The notes: a model not told the origin generated them from the sequence alone. A stretch of 64,000 bases of DNA from Myxococcota bacterium (GCA_036149055.1 JAYZQJ010000014.1:32001-96000), one strand, 5' to 3'. Numbered from the stretch's first letter, positions 54,566 to 63,906 are shown. Program-made: numbers and translations.

Positions 54566-55859
54566 GACGCCGGAGGAGCTCCATCAAGTAAGACCGGTTC
54601 ATCTTCGCGTCTCGCGCCGCCTGCCGCATGTTGCCGTCGGCGCGCTGCAGGGCGCGCTCCAGATAGCGTCGCTCGAAGTCCTCGACCAGCCGCGCCTTCG
54701 CGTCGCGGAACGGGAGCTCGAGCAGCGCGGCCGCGACGTCGGTCCCCGGGGCCGCCTCGGAGAGCGGGGTGGGCGGCGCGCCGAGCACCACCGTGCCGGC
54801 CACGAAGTTGCGCAGCTCGCGCACGTTCCCGGGCCAGTCGTGGCCCTGCGCCGAGCCGAGGGCCTCGCGGGAGAAGACCGTTCGGACGTCCTCGATGCCG
54901 TGGTCGAGGGAGAGGAAGTGCTCGATGAGCGCGGGGATGTCCTCGGGGCGCTCGCGGAGCGGCGGCACCCGGAGCGCGACCACCGCGACCCGGTAGTAGA
55001 GGTCGAGCCGGAACCGCTCCTGGTTCACCGCGGCCCGCAGATCGCGGTGGGTCGCCGAGATGACGCGCACGTCGACCTCGATCTCCTCGGTCCCGCCGAC
55101 CCGACGGAGCCGCCCGCGCTCGAGCGCGCCGAGCAGAGCGACCTGCTGCTCCTCGCCGAGCTCGCCGATCTCGTCGATGAAGAGCGTCCCGCCGTGGGCT
55201 CGCTCGAAGGCGCCCGCGTGGGCGCGGTCGGCCCCGGTGAACGCCCCCTTCTCGTGCCCGAACAGCTCGCTGGTGAAGAGCGTGCTCGAGAGCGCCCCGC
55301 AGTCGACGGTGACGAAGGCCTCGTCCTTTCGAGGGCTCGACTCGTGAATGGCCCGGGCGAGCAGCTCCTTGCCGGTGCCCGACTCGCCGAGGAGCAGCAC
55401 GCTCACGTCCGAGCGCGCGACCTGCTTCGCGGTGGCGAAGAGCTGGCTCATCATCGGCGCCGCCGCGTGCAGCTCTCCGAGCCGCTTCGGCCCGGCCAGC
55501 TCCATCACCACGTCGCCGTCGCCCACCTCGATCAGGGTGTTGCCGAGCCGCAGCCGCGCTCCCGAGGCCACCGAGAGCACGTCGCCCTCGAGGCGCCCCT
55601 CCACGCCCGTGCCGTTGGTGCTGCCGTGGTCGACGACCGCGATGCGATCGAGGTGGCGGCGCAGCTCGACGTGGTAGCGCGAGACCGCCGGGTCCGAGAG
55701 GCGCAGGTCGTTCCCCTCCGCCGTGCCGATCGAGAGCGAGTCGCTCGACGCGAGCGCGCGCGCCCCTTGATCCGGGCCGTCGATCACCCGGGCGCGGATG
55801 CGCCGGACCGGGTGTCCACGCTCGTGCATCGGAGCGGTCTCGTCGATCGGGGGCGCCAC
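54552..55859 (-). CDS. FHA-domain sigma54 enhancer-binding protein
   Basis: FHA (IG, VSRYH, STNGT); GESGTGKE, GAFTGA, DEIGEL, RFRLDLYYR, WPGNVREL; C-terminal HTH. Confidence 0.95.
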   Translation of the reverse strand: MAPPIDETAPMHERGHPVRRIRARVIDGPDQGARALASSDSLSIGTAEGNDLRLSDPAVSRYHVELRRHLDRIAVVDHGSTNGTGVEGRLEGDVLSVASGARLRLGNTLIEVGDGDVVMELAGPKRLGELHAAAPMMSQLFATAKQVARSDVSVLLLGESGTGKELLARAIHESSPRKDEAFVTVDCGALSSTLFTSELFGHEKGAFTGADRAHAGAFERAHGGTLFIDEIGELGEEQQVALLGALERGRLRRVGGTEEIEVDVRVISATHRDLRAAVNQERFRLDLYYRVAVVALRVPPLRERPEDIPALIEHFLSLDHGIEDVRTVFSREALGSAQGHDWPGNVRELRNFVAGTVVLGAPPTPLSEAAPGTDVAAALLELPFRDAKARLVEDFERRYLERALQRADGNMRQAARDAKMNRSYLMELLRRHGFR

Positions 55860-55890
55860 CCCGCATACCCTAGCAGGCTATGCTCGGGCG

Positions 55891-56493
55891 ATGTGGCAGC
55901 TGGAGGGTCGTGCCCTGGTGATCGCCAGCCACAACGCGGGCAAGGCGCGCGAGGTGGCCGACCTGTTTCGCCCCCTCGTGGGGGCGCTGCGGTTCGCGGC
56001 GGAGCTCGGCCTGCCCGAGCCGGTCGAGGACGGCGCGACCTTCGTCGAGAACGCGTCGATCAAGGCGCGCGCGGCGGCGGCGGCGACCGGCGAGCTCGCG
56101 GTGTCGGACGACTCGGGGCTGGTGGTCTTCGCGCTCGACGGGGCGCCGGGCGTGCACGCCAAGCGCTGGGGCGGCGGCGACTACGAGCGCGCGATGCGCA
56201 AGGTGCACGAGGCGCTCGGGGACCGCGACCGCGCGGCCGAGATGGTCTGCGCGCTGGTGATCGCCGCGCCCGACGGGTCCACCTGGAGCGCCGAGGGGCG
56301 GGTGCGCGGGCAGCTGACCTGGCCGCCCCGAGGGCAGCTCGGCTTCGGCTACGAGCCGATGTTCGTGCCGGAAGGCGAGCGCCGGACCTACGGGGAGATG
56401 GAGCGCGACGAGAAGCACCGGGACGATCCCCGGGCCCGGGCCTTCGGCGCGCTGCGGTTGCGCGCGAACTTCCCCGAAGCCAAAGGCAAGTGA
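55891..56493 (+). CDS. rdgB: Non-canonical purine NTP pyrophosphatase (RdgB/HAM1 family), divergent
   Basis: SHNAGKAREV, ENASIKA, DDSGL, GAPGV, FGYEPMF; SHR motif replaced by DPR. Confidence 0.8.
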   Translation: MWQLEGRALVIASHNAGKAREVADLFRPLVGALRFAAELGLPEPVEDGATFVENASIKARAAAAATGELAVSDDSGLVVFALDGAPGVHAKRWGGGDYERAMRKVHEALGDRDRAAEMVCALVIAAPDGSTWSAEGRVRGQLTWPPRGQLGFGYEPMFVPEGERRTYGEMERDEKHRDDPRARAFGALRLRANFPEAKGK

Positions 56494-57299
56494 TGACCGA
56501 GCTCGAGCACGGCCGCGGGAGCGGCGAACGAGAAGAGCCCCTGACCCCGCCCGAGACCAAGGCGCCGAGCCACGCGGAGCGGGCCCGGACCCTGGTGGCC
56601 TCCCAGAAGACCGGCACGCTGTGCACGGTCGCGCGCGATCCCGAGGGCTACCCCTACGGATCGTTCGTGACCTTCGCGCTCGACGGGCCCGACCCGGTGT
56701 TCCTCATCAGCACGCTCGCGGCCCACACCAAGAACCTCGAGGGCGACGGCCGCGCCTCGCTCCTCGTCGCCGAGCACGGCGAGGGCGACCCGCTCGCCTA
56801 CGGGCGCGTGACCCTGGTGGGCGACGCGGCCAAGCTCGACGACCCGGGCCCGGCGCGGGAGGCCTTCCTCGCGGCCCACCCGAACGCCGCCTACTACGCC
56901 GACTTCAGCGACTTCGCCTTCTGGAAGCTGCGGGTGACGAGCGTGCGCTACATCGGCGGCTACGGGCGCATGTCGTGGGTGGACGTCGCGGACTGGCGCG
57001 GCGCGGAGGCGGACCCGCTGGCCGCGCACGTCGACGGGATCGTCTCGCACATGAACGAGGACCACGCCGACGCCCTCGTCAGCTACGCCCGCGCCTTCAC
57101 CCGGGCGACCGAGGCCGAGCAGGTCACGATGAGCCACATCGATCGCTACGGGTTCGAGATGAGCGTGGAGACCGAGCGGGGCCCGCGGCCGGCTCGGATC
57201 GCCTTCGAGGCCGAGATCGCGACGCCGCAGGAGGCGCGCAAGGCGCTGGTGGCGATGGTGAAGGCGGCCCGGGCGAAGCTTCAGGCGCAGACGCCGTAG
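56493..57299 (+). CDS. HugZ-like split-barrel (PNPOx) + DUF2470 protein
   Basis: GYPYGS, IS.LA.HT.NL, YADFSDF, RYIGGYG, HMNEDH, IDRYG. Confidence 0.88.
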   Translation: MTELEHGRGSGEREEPLTPPETKAPSHAERARTLVASQKTGTLCTVARDPEGYPYGSFVTFALDGPDPVFLISTLAAHTKNLEGDGRASLLVAEHGEGDPLAYGRVTLVGDAAKLDDPGPAREAFLAAHPNAAYYADFSDFAFWKLRVTSVRYIGGYGRMSWVDVADWRGAEADPLAAHVDGIVSHMNEDHADALVSYARAFTRATEAEQVTMSHIDRYGFEMSVETERGPRPARIAFEAEIATPQEARKALVAMVKAARAKLQAQTP

Positions 57300-58489
57300 C
57301 GGACGCCTCGGATCGTGGTGCGCGGCGTGAGCTCGTTGCATCTCCCGACCGCGCAGCTCGGGGCGTCGAGATCGCAGACCTGACGACAGACGTCGTCGGC
57401 GCACGCGAAGCCGGGCCGGCACTCGGTGAAGGTCGGGCAGGGCTCGCCCTCCCCGGCCGTGCCGGGCACGAGGCACACCGTGTCGATGATGGTCGCGCCG
57501 GTCTCGACCGCCGTGAAGGCGCTGAGGTAGCAGCCGCCGCCGGCCGTACAGCCCGAGCCGTCTCGGGCGTCGCACACGTGAGTGCAGAGACCGACGGCCG
57601 CTCCGGACGTGGGCTCCACGCACCGGGCGCCATCGCAGATGGCGTCGGCGTCGCAGTAGGGGCGGCAGGTCGCGCCGTTGGTGGGACACGTCAGCCCGGC
57701 CGCACAGTCCTCGTCGCGCGCACAGGGCTCGCCCTCGTTCGCGCTCCCCTCCGGGATGCACCGCGGGGCGGCCGCGCGGGAGCACATCTCGCCGGCCGGG
57801 CAGCCGCACTGGGGCGCGACGAGCCGGCAGGGATCGTCCGGGCAGAAGCCCGCGTCCGCGAGGCCGGCGTCCACCGGGCCGGCGTCGAGCCCGCCGTCGC
57901 CGAGGGTCACGCAGCCGTCGACCCGATCGCAGACGCCGCTCCCGCAGGCGCTCGACTCGAGGCGCTCGCCGCAGACGCCCTCGAGGCAGACCGCGTCCGC
58001 GCAGTCCTGGGCCGGCGCCGGGCAGTCGGCCGCGACCGCGCACTCCGGCGACGCGCAGAGCTCCGGGGTCTCGGGGCTGCAGCGGGCGTCCACGCAGGCG
58101 CCGCCGCGGCAGGTCTCGGTCAGCTCGTCGCAGGGCACGTCGCGGCAGTCCGCCGTCACCACCAGGGTCACCGCCTGGGCCGACTCGCGGAGGGTGACGA
58201 TCACGCTCCCGCGCACCACCTCGGTCGCGCCCTGGAAGAGGCCGAGCCGGACCCGGTAGGTGCCGGCCGGGAGCCCGTCGAGCTCGGCGACCCGCCCCGA
58301 CTCGCGCGGCGCGTCCTCTTCGACCGTGCGCAGCGGCGTGCGGCTCGACGCGGGGAAGAGCTGCGTCACCGCGCGATCGAATTCCTGGCCGGCGCGGAGA
58401 TCGGTGCGGAGGTCCACCGTGAGCAGCCGGCCCTCGTCCTCGCAGCCGAGCCCGGCCAGGGCGACGAGCAAGATCGCGAGGCGTCGCAT
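57281..58489 (-). CDS. Cys-rich lipoprotein
   Basis: GLG-C lipobox; VDLRTDL..G.EF N-terminal domain; PCRLVAPQCGC. Confidence 0.8.
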   Translation of the reverse strand: MRRLAILLVALAGLGCEDEGRLLTVDLRTDLRAGQEFDRAVTQLFPASSRTPLRTVEEDAPRESGRVAELDGLPAGTYRVRLGLFQGATEVVRGSVIVTLRESAQAVTLVVTADCRDVPCDELTETCRGGACVDARCSPETPELCASPECAVAADCPAPAQDCADAVCLEGVCGERLESSACGSGVCDRVDGCVTLGDGGLDAGPVDAGLADAGFCPDDPCRLVAPQCGCPAGEMCSRAAAPRCIPEGSANEGEPCARDEDCAAGLTCPTNGATCRPYCDADAICDGARCVEPTSGAAVGLCTHVCDARDGSGCTAGGGCYLSAFTAVETGATIIDTVCLVPGTAGEGEPCPTFTECRPGFACADDVCRQVCDLDAPSCAVGRCNELTPRTTIRGVRYGVCA

Positions 58490-58511
58490 CCCCCTCGTCA
58501 TACGCCCCGCG

Positions 58512-59789
58512 TCACAACCTCGCGAGTCTCCGCCGCGCGATCGCCGATCCCGGGTCCCGCTCCAGCGCCCGCTCCCAGGCCGCCCGGGCGGCCACGTCGT
58601 CGCCCTCCCGCTCGTGCAGGAGCGCGAGGTTCATCAGCGGGTTCGGGTCGGCGCGGTCGAGCGCCGCCGCCCGATCGAGCGCGATGCGCGCCTGCTCCGC
58701 GCGGCCGAGGTGCATGAGCGAGGCGCCGAGCCCGTTGAACGCGGCGGCCAGCTCCGGAGCCCGCTCGATCGCGTTCCGGAAGGCGCCGGCCGCGTCGTCG
58801 TAGCGCTCGAGCAGCGCCAGCGCGTTGCCGAGCTTGAGCCAGCTCGCGGCGTCGGCGTCCTCGCGCGCGATGGCGGCCCGGTAGGTCGCGACCGCGTCCT
58901 CGTAGCTCCGGAGGTCGCGCTGCAGATCTCCGAGCGCGAGCAGCGGCTCGGCGTCGTTCGGGCTCAGCTCGGCCGCCCGCGCGAAGTCCGCCTGCGCGCC
59001 GTGCACGTCCCCGAGGGCCGCCCGGGTCAGGCCGCGCCCGAGGTGGGCGTCCCCGTCGCTCTCCGCCGCCCGCACCGCCTGGTCGAACGCGTCGAGCGCT
59101 CGCTCGTGCGCGCCGCGGCGGCGCCGGAGCCGGCCGAGGTTGATCCACGCCTCGTGCGCCGTCGGATCCACCCGCACCGCGTCGGCGTAGGCCTCCGCCG
59201 CCGCCTCGTCGTCCGCGCCCAGCTCGTGCGCGAGCCCGCGCCGGTTGTGCACCGCGGCCACGTCGTCCTCGATCTCGCGCAGGTGCCCGAGCGCCGCGCG
59301 GCCGTCCTCGGCGTCGAGCGCGAGGTCCGCGGCCAGGAGCCGCCCGTGCACGTGATCGGGCTCGAGGGTCAGCGCGCCCGCGAGGATCGCCTCCGCCTCG
59401 CTCTGCCGGCTGCGGGCCCGGGCCACCGCCGCCGCGAGCACCTCCACGTCGGCGTCCCGCCCGAGCCGGTGGCGCGCCGAGGTCAGCTCGCCCTCCGCGA
59501 GCACCATGTCGCCGCGCTGGTAGTCCTCGAGCGCGTGCGCGTAGGCCAGGAGCCCCACGGTCTCGTCGTCCCGCCGCCCCGCCTCGATGGCCCGCTCGAG
59601 CAGCGAGGCCGCCGTCGAGGCCTGCAGCCGATCGATGCCCGGCGCCTCGGAGAGCGGCGCGTCCAGCCGGGCCCGCGCCCGCTCCACGAGCTCCCCGGCC
59701 GTGTAGTCCCGCCACCCCGCCCAGGCGATCGCCGCCACCACGCTGAGCGCGGTCACCCCGAGGGACACGAAGAGCAGTCTCTGCCGCAT
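58512..59789 (-). CDS. Membrane-anchored TPR repeat protein
   Basis: N-terminal TM; many TPRs (AWINLG, SWLKLGNAL, AFNGLG). Confidence 0.9.
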   Translation of the reverse strand: MRQRLLFVSLGVTALSVVAAIAWAGWRDYTAGELVERARARLDAPLSEAPGIDRLQASTAASLLERAIEAGRRDDETVGLLAYAHALEDYQRGDMVLAEGELTSARHRLGRDADVEVLAAAVARARSRQSEAEAILAGALTLEPDHVHGRLLAADLALDAEDGRAALGHLREIEDDVAAVHNRRGLAHELGADDEAAAEAYADAVRVDPTAHEAWINLGRLRRRRGAHERALDAFDQAVRAAESDGDAHLGRGLTRAALGDVHGAQADFARAAELSPNDAEPLLALGDLQRDLRSYEDAVATYRAAIAREDADAASWLKLGNALALLERYDDAAGAFRNAIERAPELAAAFNGLGASLMHLGRAEQARIALDRAAALDRADPNPLMNLALLHEREGDDVAARAAWERALERDPGSAIARRRLARL

Positions 59790-59834
59790 GCCCCGAGAGG
59801 ATCCCGCGCGCGCGGAGCGGTCAAGTTTTCGGCG

Positions 59835-62800
59835 CTACCAGATGACGGCGGTGGGGGTGAGGCGAGTGGTCCGGGTCCAGTCGCCGAGCTGGTAGTAGTA
59901 GTTGTAGCCCCAGCAGCGCAGCTCTCCGGACGTCAGGGTGGCGCAGGTGTGACTGCTGCCCACGGAGACCGAGGCGGCGTCGGTGAGCCCGGGATCGGCG
60001 GTGGGCCACGGGGTGGCGGCGGTCGTGCCGTCGCCGAGCTGACCCTGGTTGTTCCAGCCCCAGCAGCGCATCTGGCCGCCGGTGCGGACCACGCAGGTGT
60101 GGCTCTCCCCGATGGCCACGTCGGCGACGTCGGTCAGGGTGGGGACCGCCAGCGGGGTGCCGCGCGAGGTGGTGGAGCCGTCGCCGAGCTGCCCCGACGT
60201 GTTCTGACCCCAGCAGCTCACCCGGCCGTCCATGTGCCGCGCGCACGTCGAGTTCCCGCCGACCGCGATCTGCACGGCGTCGGTGATACCGCTCACCGTC
60301 ACCGGGGTCGGCGTGCTGGTCGTGGTCCCGTCTCCGAGCTGCCCGTAGTTGTTGAGGCCCCAGCAGCGCACCGTGCCGTCGGTGAGGCGCGCGCAGGAGT
60401 GGGATGTCCCGGAGCGCACCTCGGCGACGCCCGTCAGGCCCGAGACCGCGGTGGGGGTGGTCACGTATCCACCGCTCGAGCCCGCCGCGCCGCTCGAGTT
60501 GCGCCCCCAGCACACCACGGTCTCGTCGGTGAGCACCGCGCACGCGGCGTAGCCCCCGACCGAGACCTGCGACGCCGTGAGTCCGCTCAGCGTGACCGGC
60601 GCCCATCGAGTCGAACGGGTGCCGTCGCCCACCTCGTAGTTGCTGTTGTACCCCCAGCACCAGAGCGCGCCGTCGGTGGCGACGTAGCAGTGGGTGATGC
60701 CGTTGGTGTCGAAGTCGGCGGCGTCGGTCGGGGAGGAGCGGCGCGTCGGGCGGGTGCCCGCGCCGAGGCCGTAGCGCTCGTAGCCCCAGCAGTAGATCCG
60801 GCCGTTCGTCATCACCGCGCAGGACGACTCGGCGCCGAGCCCGAGCGAGCCGACGGTCGCGCAGCTCCCGCCCGCGCAGAGCATCGAGCAGGTGTTGCCG
60901 CAGGCGCCGCAGTTCATCTCGTCGTCCTGCACGTCGATGCACGCGCCGCCGCAGACCTGCTGGCCCGCCGGGCAGGCGCAGCTGCCGCTGAAGCACGTGG
61001 CCCCGGTCGCGCACGTCGTGCCGCAGCTGCCGCAGTTGTTCTCGTCGGTGCTCGTGTAGACGCACGCGCCGCCGCAGACCTCGGAGGTGCCGGGGCACGC
61101 GCAGGTCCCGCTGACGCAGGTGGCGCCGGTCGCGCACGTCGTACCGCACGAGCCGCAGTTCGCCTCGTCGCTCTGGAGGTCCGCGCAGGCGCTGCCGCAG
61201 ATGGTCTGCGCCCCCGGGCAGTAGCAGGCGCCGCTCAGGCAGGTCGCCCCGCTCGCGCAGGTGGTGCCGCACGAGCCGCAGTTCAGCTCGTCGTCCTGGG
61301 TGGAGACGCAGCGGCCGCCGCAGACGCTCCCGCCGCCCGGGCAGGTGCAGCTGCCGCTCAGACACGTCGCGCCCGACGCGCAGACCGTGCCGCAGCCGCC
61401 GCAGTTCAGCTCGTCGTCGGAGGTGGTCACGCAGCGACCGCTGCACACCTCGCCGCCGCCCGGGCAGGCGCAGGCGCCGCTCGCGCAGACGCCGCCGATC
61501 GCGCAGCTCGTGCCGCAGGCGCCGCAGTTGGCGGTGTCGGACGAGAGATCGACGCAGCGACCGCCGCACACGACCTGCCCGGCCGGGCACTCGCAGACGC
61601 CGGCGTTGCACGTCTGGCCCGTCGCGCAGGCGTTGCCGCACGTCCCGCAGCTCGCCTCGCTGGTGTTCAGGTCGACGCAGCGGTCGCCGCACACCGACTG
61701 CCCCGCCGGACAGGCGCAGGCGCCGGACGCGCAGGTGGCGCCCCACGGGCAGCGGTTGCCGCAGGTGCCGCAGTTGCTGAAGTCATTGTCCAGGTCCCGA
61801 CAGGTGGAGCCGCAGAGCGAGCCGCCGCCGGGGCACTCGCAGGAGCCGGACACGCAGGTCTGGGCCGAGGGGCACACCCGCCCGCACGCGCCGCAGTGGT
61901 AGCGGCTCGAGCCGACGTCGGTGCAGCGCCCGGAGCAGTCGATCTGCCCGCTCGGACACTCGCACGAGCCGGCGACGCAGCTCCGCCCACCGGCGCAGCC
62001 GGTGCCGCAGCGCCCACAGTTCCGGATGTCGGTGTCGGTGTCGGTGCAGCCCGCGCTGCAGTAGCTGCCGCCGCCCGGGCAGACGCACGCCCCGTCGCTG
62101 CAGACCTGGCCCGACGCGCAGCGCACGCCGCAGCCGCCGCAGTGGAGCGGATCGCTCGTGAAGTTCCGGCACGCGCCGTCGCAGACGCCGCCGTCGCCGG
62201 GGCAATCGCAGGCCCCGTCCACGCACGCCACGCCCCGCGGACACTCCTGCCCGCAGCCGCCGCAGTGCAGACGGCTCGCGTCGAGGTCCACGCACTCCGT
62301 CCCGCACAGCGCGCCGCCGCCCGGGCAGGTGCAGGCGCCGCGATCGCAGCGCTCCGAGGCCGCGCAGGCGTTGCCGCACGCGCCGCAGTTGGCCTCGTCG
62401 TCCTGGGTGGAGACGCAGACCCCGTCGCAGCGCTCGCCGCCGTCCGGGCACACGCACGCGCCGCCTTCGCAGACCTCGTCCGCGTCGCAGGAGACGCCGC
62501 ACGCGCCGCAGTTCTCCGCGTCGCTCCGCACGTCGACGCAGACGTCGTCGCAGGCGAGCTCGCCGTCGTCGCAGCCGCAGAGCCCCTCGATGCAGGGCAC
62601 GTCGAACGCGCACGCGGTGCCGCAGCCGCCGCAGTGGTTCTCGTCGTAGGCGACGTCGACGCAGCGCTCCCCGCACTGGATCTCGCCCACGGGGCACTCG
62701 CAGACGCCGTCGGCGCAGGCCGCCCCCGAGGGGCACTCGACGCCGCAGCCGCCGCAGTGGCGCAGATCGTTCAGCGAGACCTCTTCGCCGTCGCAGACCT

Positions 62801-63155
62801 GGCAGTCGTCGACCGCGCCGTCGCAGTCGTTGTCGAGCCCGTCCCCGCAGACCTCGGTGGTGGCGTCCGGGACGCAGCCGCAGACGCGCCCGTCGAGGCG
62901 GTCCGGCTGCACGCAGCCCCAGTTGTCGCCCGACGGGCAGTCGGTCTCCCCGAGGCACGTCCGGGTGCAGACCCGTCGCCCCGGCGTCAGCTCGAGGCAG
63001 AGGCCGCTGAGGCAGTCCTCGCTCACGGCGCAGGGCTCACCGAACTCGGCGAAGGCGCCGCCGTCCGGCCCGAGCGGGCGCTCGCCTTCGCAGGCGACGA
63101 GCAGGAGGCACGCGAGCGCGAGCCCGGAGAAGCGAAGATTCAGTACCACGAGCAC
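59835..63155 (-). CDS. Lipoprotein with 16 tandem ~40-aa Cys-rich repeats and C-terminal RCC1/BLIP-II propeller
   Basis: LVA-C lipobox; CGDGLDNDCDG; 16 (H/N/S)CG.CG units; CWG.N..GQLGDG repeats; start approximate. Confidence 0.88.
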   Translation of the reverse strand: MLVVLNLRFSGLALACLLLVACEGERPLGPDGGAFAEFGEPCAVSEDCLSGLCLELTPGRRVCTRTCLGETDCPSGDNWGCVQPDRLDGRVCGCVPDATTEVCGDGLDNDCDGAVDDCQVCDGEEVSLNDLRHCGGCGVECPSGAACADGVCECPVGEIQCGERCVDVAYDENHCGGCGTACAFDVPCIEGLCGCDDGELACDDVCVDVRSDAENCGACGVSCDADEVCEGGACVCPDGGERCDGVCVSTQDDEANCGACGNACAASERCDRGACTCPGGGALCGTECVDLDASRLHCGGCGQECPRGVACVDGACDCPGDGGVCDGACRNFTSDPLHCGGCGVRCASGQVCSDGACVCPGGGSYCSAGCTDTDTDIRNCGRCGTGCAGGRSCVAGSCECPSGQIDCSGRCTDVGSSRYHCGACGRVCPSAQTCVSGSCECPGGGSLCGSTCRDLDNDFSNCGTCGNRCPWGATCASGACACPAGQSVCGDRCVDLNTSEASCGTCGNACATGQTCNAGVCECPAGQVVCGGRCVDLSSDTANCGACGTSCAIGGVCASGACACPGGGEVCSGRCVTTSDDELNCGGCGTVCASGATCLSGSCTCPGGGSVCGGRCVSTQDDELNCGSCGTTCASGATCLSGACYCPGAQTICGSACADLQSDEANCGSCGTTCATGATCVSGTCACPGTSEVCGGACVYTSTDENNCGSCGTTCATGATCFSGSCACPAGQQVCGGACIDVQDDEMNCGACGNTCSMLCAGGSCATVGSLGLGAESSCAVMTNGRIYCWGYERYGLGAGTRPTRRSSPTDAADFDTNGITHCYVATDGALWCWGYNSNYEVGDGTRSTRWAPVTLSGLTASQVSVGGYAACAVLTDETVVCWGRNSSGAAGSSGGYVTTPTAVSGLTGVAEVRSGTSHSCARLTDGTVRCWGLNNYGQLGDGTTTSTPTPVTVSGITDAVQIAVGGNSTCARHMDGRVSCWGQNTSGQLGDGSTTSRGTPLAVPTLTDVADVAIGESHTCVVRTGGQMRCWGWNNQGQLGDGTTAATPWPTADPGLTDAASVSVGSSHTCATLTSGELRCWGYNYYYQLGDWTRTTRLTPTAVIW

Positions 63156-63745
63156 CCCGGCTGAGCGTTGCAGGCGAATCGATCGAAGTAGGAGCCACAG
63201 CTGCGCGGGACGCCCGAGCAGTCACTCTCCCATCGGCAGCCCTCTTGACGACGACAGGTGGAGTCGCCGGAGTAGAGCGAGCAGGGTCGCGCGGAGCCGC
63301 TGCAGTCGTCGCGCGAGCTGTTCCAGTAGCAGCCGTCCTGGCTGATGCAGGTGTAGTGGGTCCACTGCGAGTAGCAGCTCGCCGAGATCCCCTCGCACTG
63401 CTCGTCGTAGATGCAGCCCTCGATCTGCTCGCAGGTCGTGCGGGTGGTCCGCGCGAAGCAGCCCGAGGGGACGCCGTGGCAGCTCTCGGTCGGGCTCGGC
63501 CGCGTCACCCCGGAGTCGCTCGACGGCTGGGTGATGCCGGAGTCGCGCGTGGGGCGCGTGGCGCCCGAGTCGGTCCGAACCGGCGGTGACACCCCGGCGT
63601 CCGCCGGATCGCCGTCGATCATCGCCGCGTCGAAGCGCAGCACGCCACCCTCGGGGCCGCGGAGCATCGGAGGCGCGGGGCCGTCGCACGCGGCGAGGGC
63701 GAGCGCCGCGAGCGCGGCGGCGTGAAAAGACTTCCGGGACGACAA
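63140..63745 (-). CDS. Cys-rich lipoprotein
   Basis: LAA-C lipobox; DSG linker repeats; four C.G....C......C..Q.GC.W-like units; GGGAGAG RBS, TTG start. Confidence 0.75.
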   Translation of the reverse strand: MSSRKSFHAAALAALALAACDGPAPPMLRGPEGGVLRFDAAMIDGDPADAGVSPPVRTDSGATRPTRDSGITQPSSDSGVTRPSPTESCHGVPSGCFARTTRTTCEQIEGCIYDEQCEGISASCYSQWTHYTCISQDGCYWNSSRDDCSGSARPCSLYSGDSTCRRQEGCRWESDCSGVPRSCGSYFDRFACNAQPGCSWY

Positions 63746-63787
63746 AACGACTCTCCCTCGCGCGCCAGGAGAGACGCACCGGGAGGG

Positions 63788-63816
63788 ACGCTATTTGTTC
63801 AGGACTGAACCGTCAA
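63788..63816 (-). promoter_or_regulatory. Sigma70-type promoter with palindrome in the spacer
   Basis: Minus strand TTGACG-N17-TAGCGT; GTTCAG-GA-CTGAAC at 63797-63810. Confidence 0.55.
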
Positions 63817-63906
63817 GGGAACCGAAATTGTCAACGGGATCGACTTCACCCCCGCAAAACGGGGATATCGAGTGGGGATGAGGCCTTCACGGGACGGTGC
63901 GCAAGC

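Noticed and set aside
60880..62770. CRISPR-like or non-coding repeat array
   Set aside because: The ~120-nt periodicity is in-frame protein repeat with synonymous variation; no constant repeat/unique spacer pattern and no cas genes. The same applies to the TSP3 repeats at 26390-26890.
63797..63810. Myxobacterial LexA box
   Set aside because: Half-sites are in the opposite order and spacing (GTTCAG-N2-CTGAAC) to the described CTRHAM-N4-GTTCAG box
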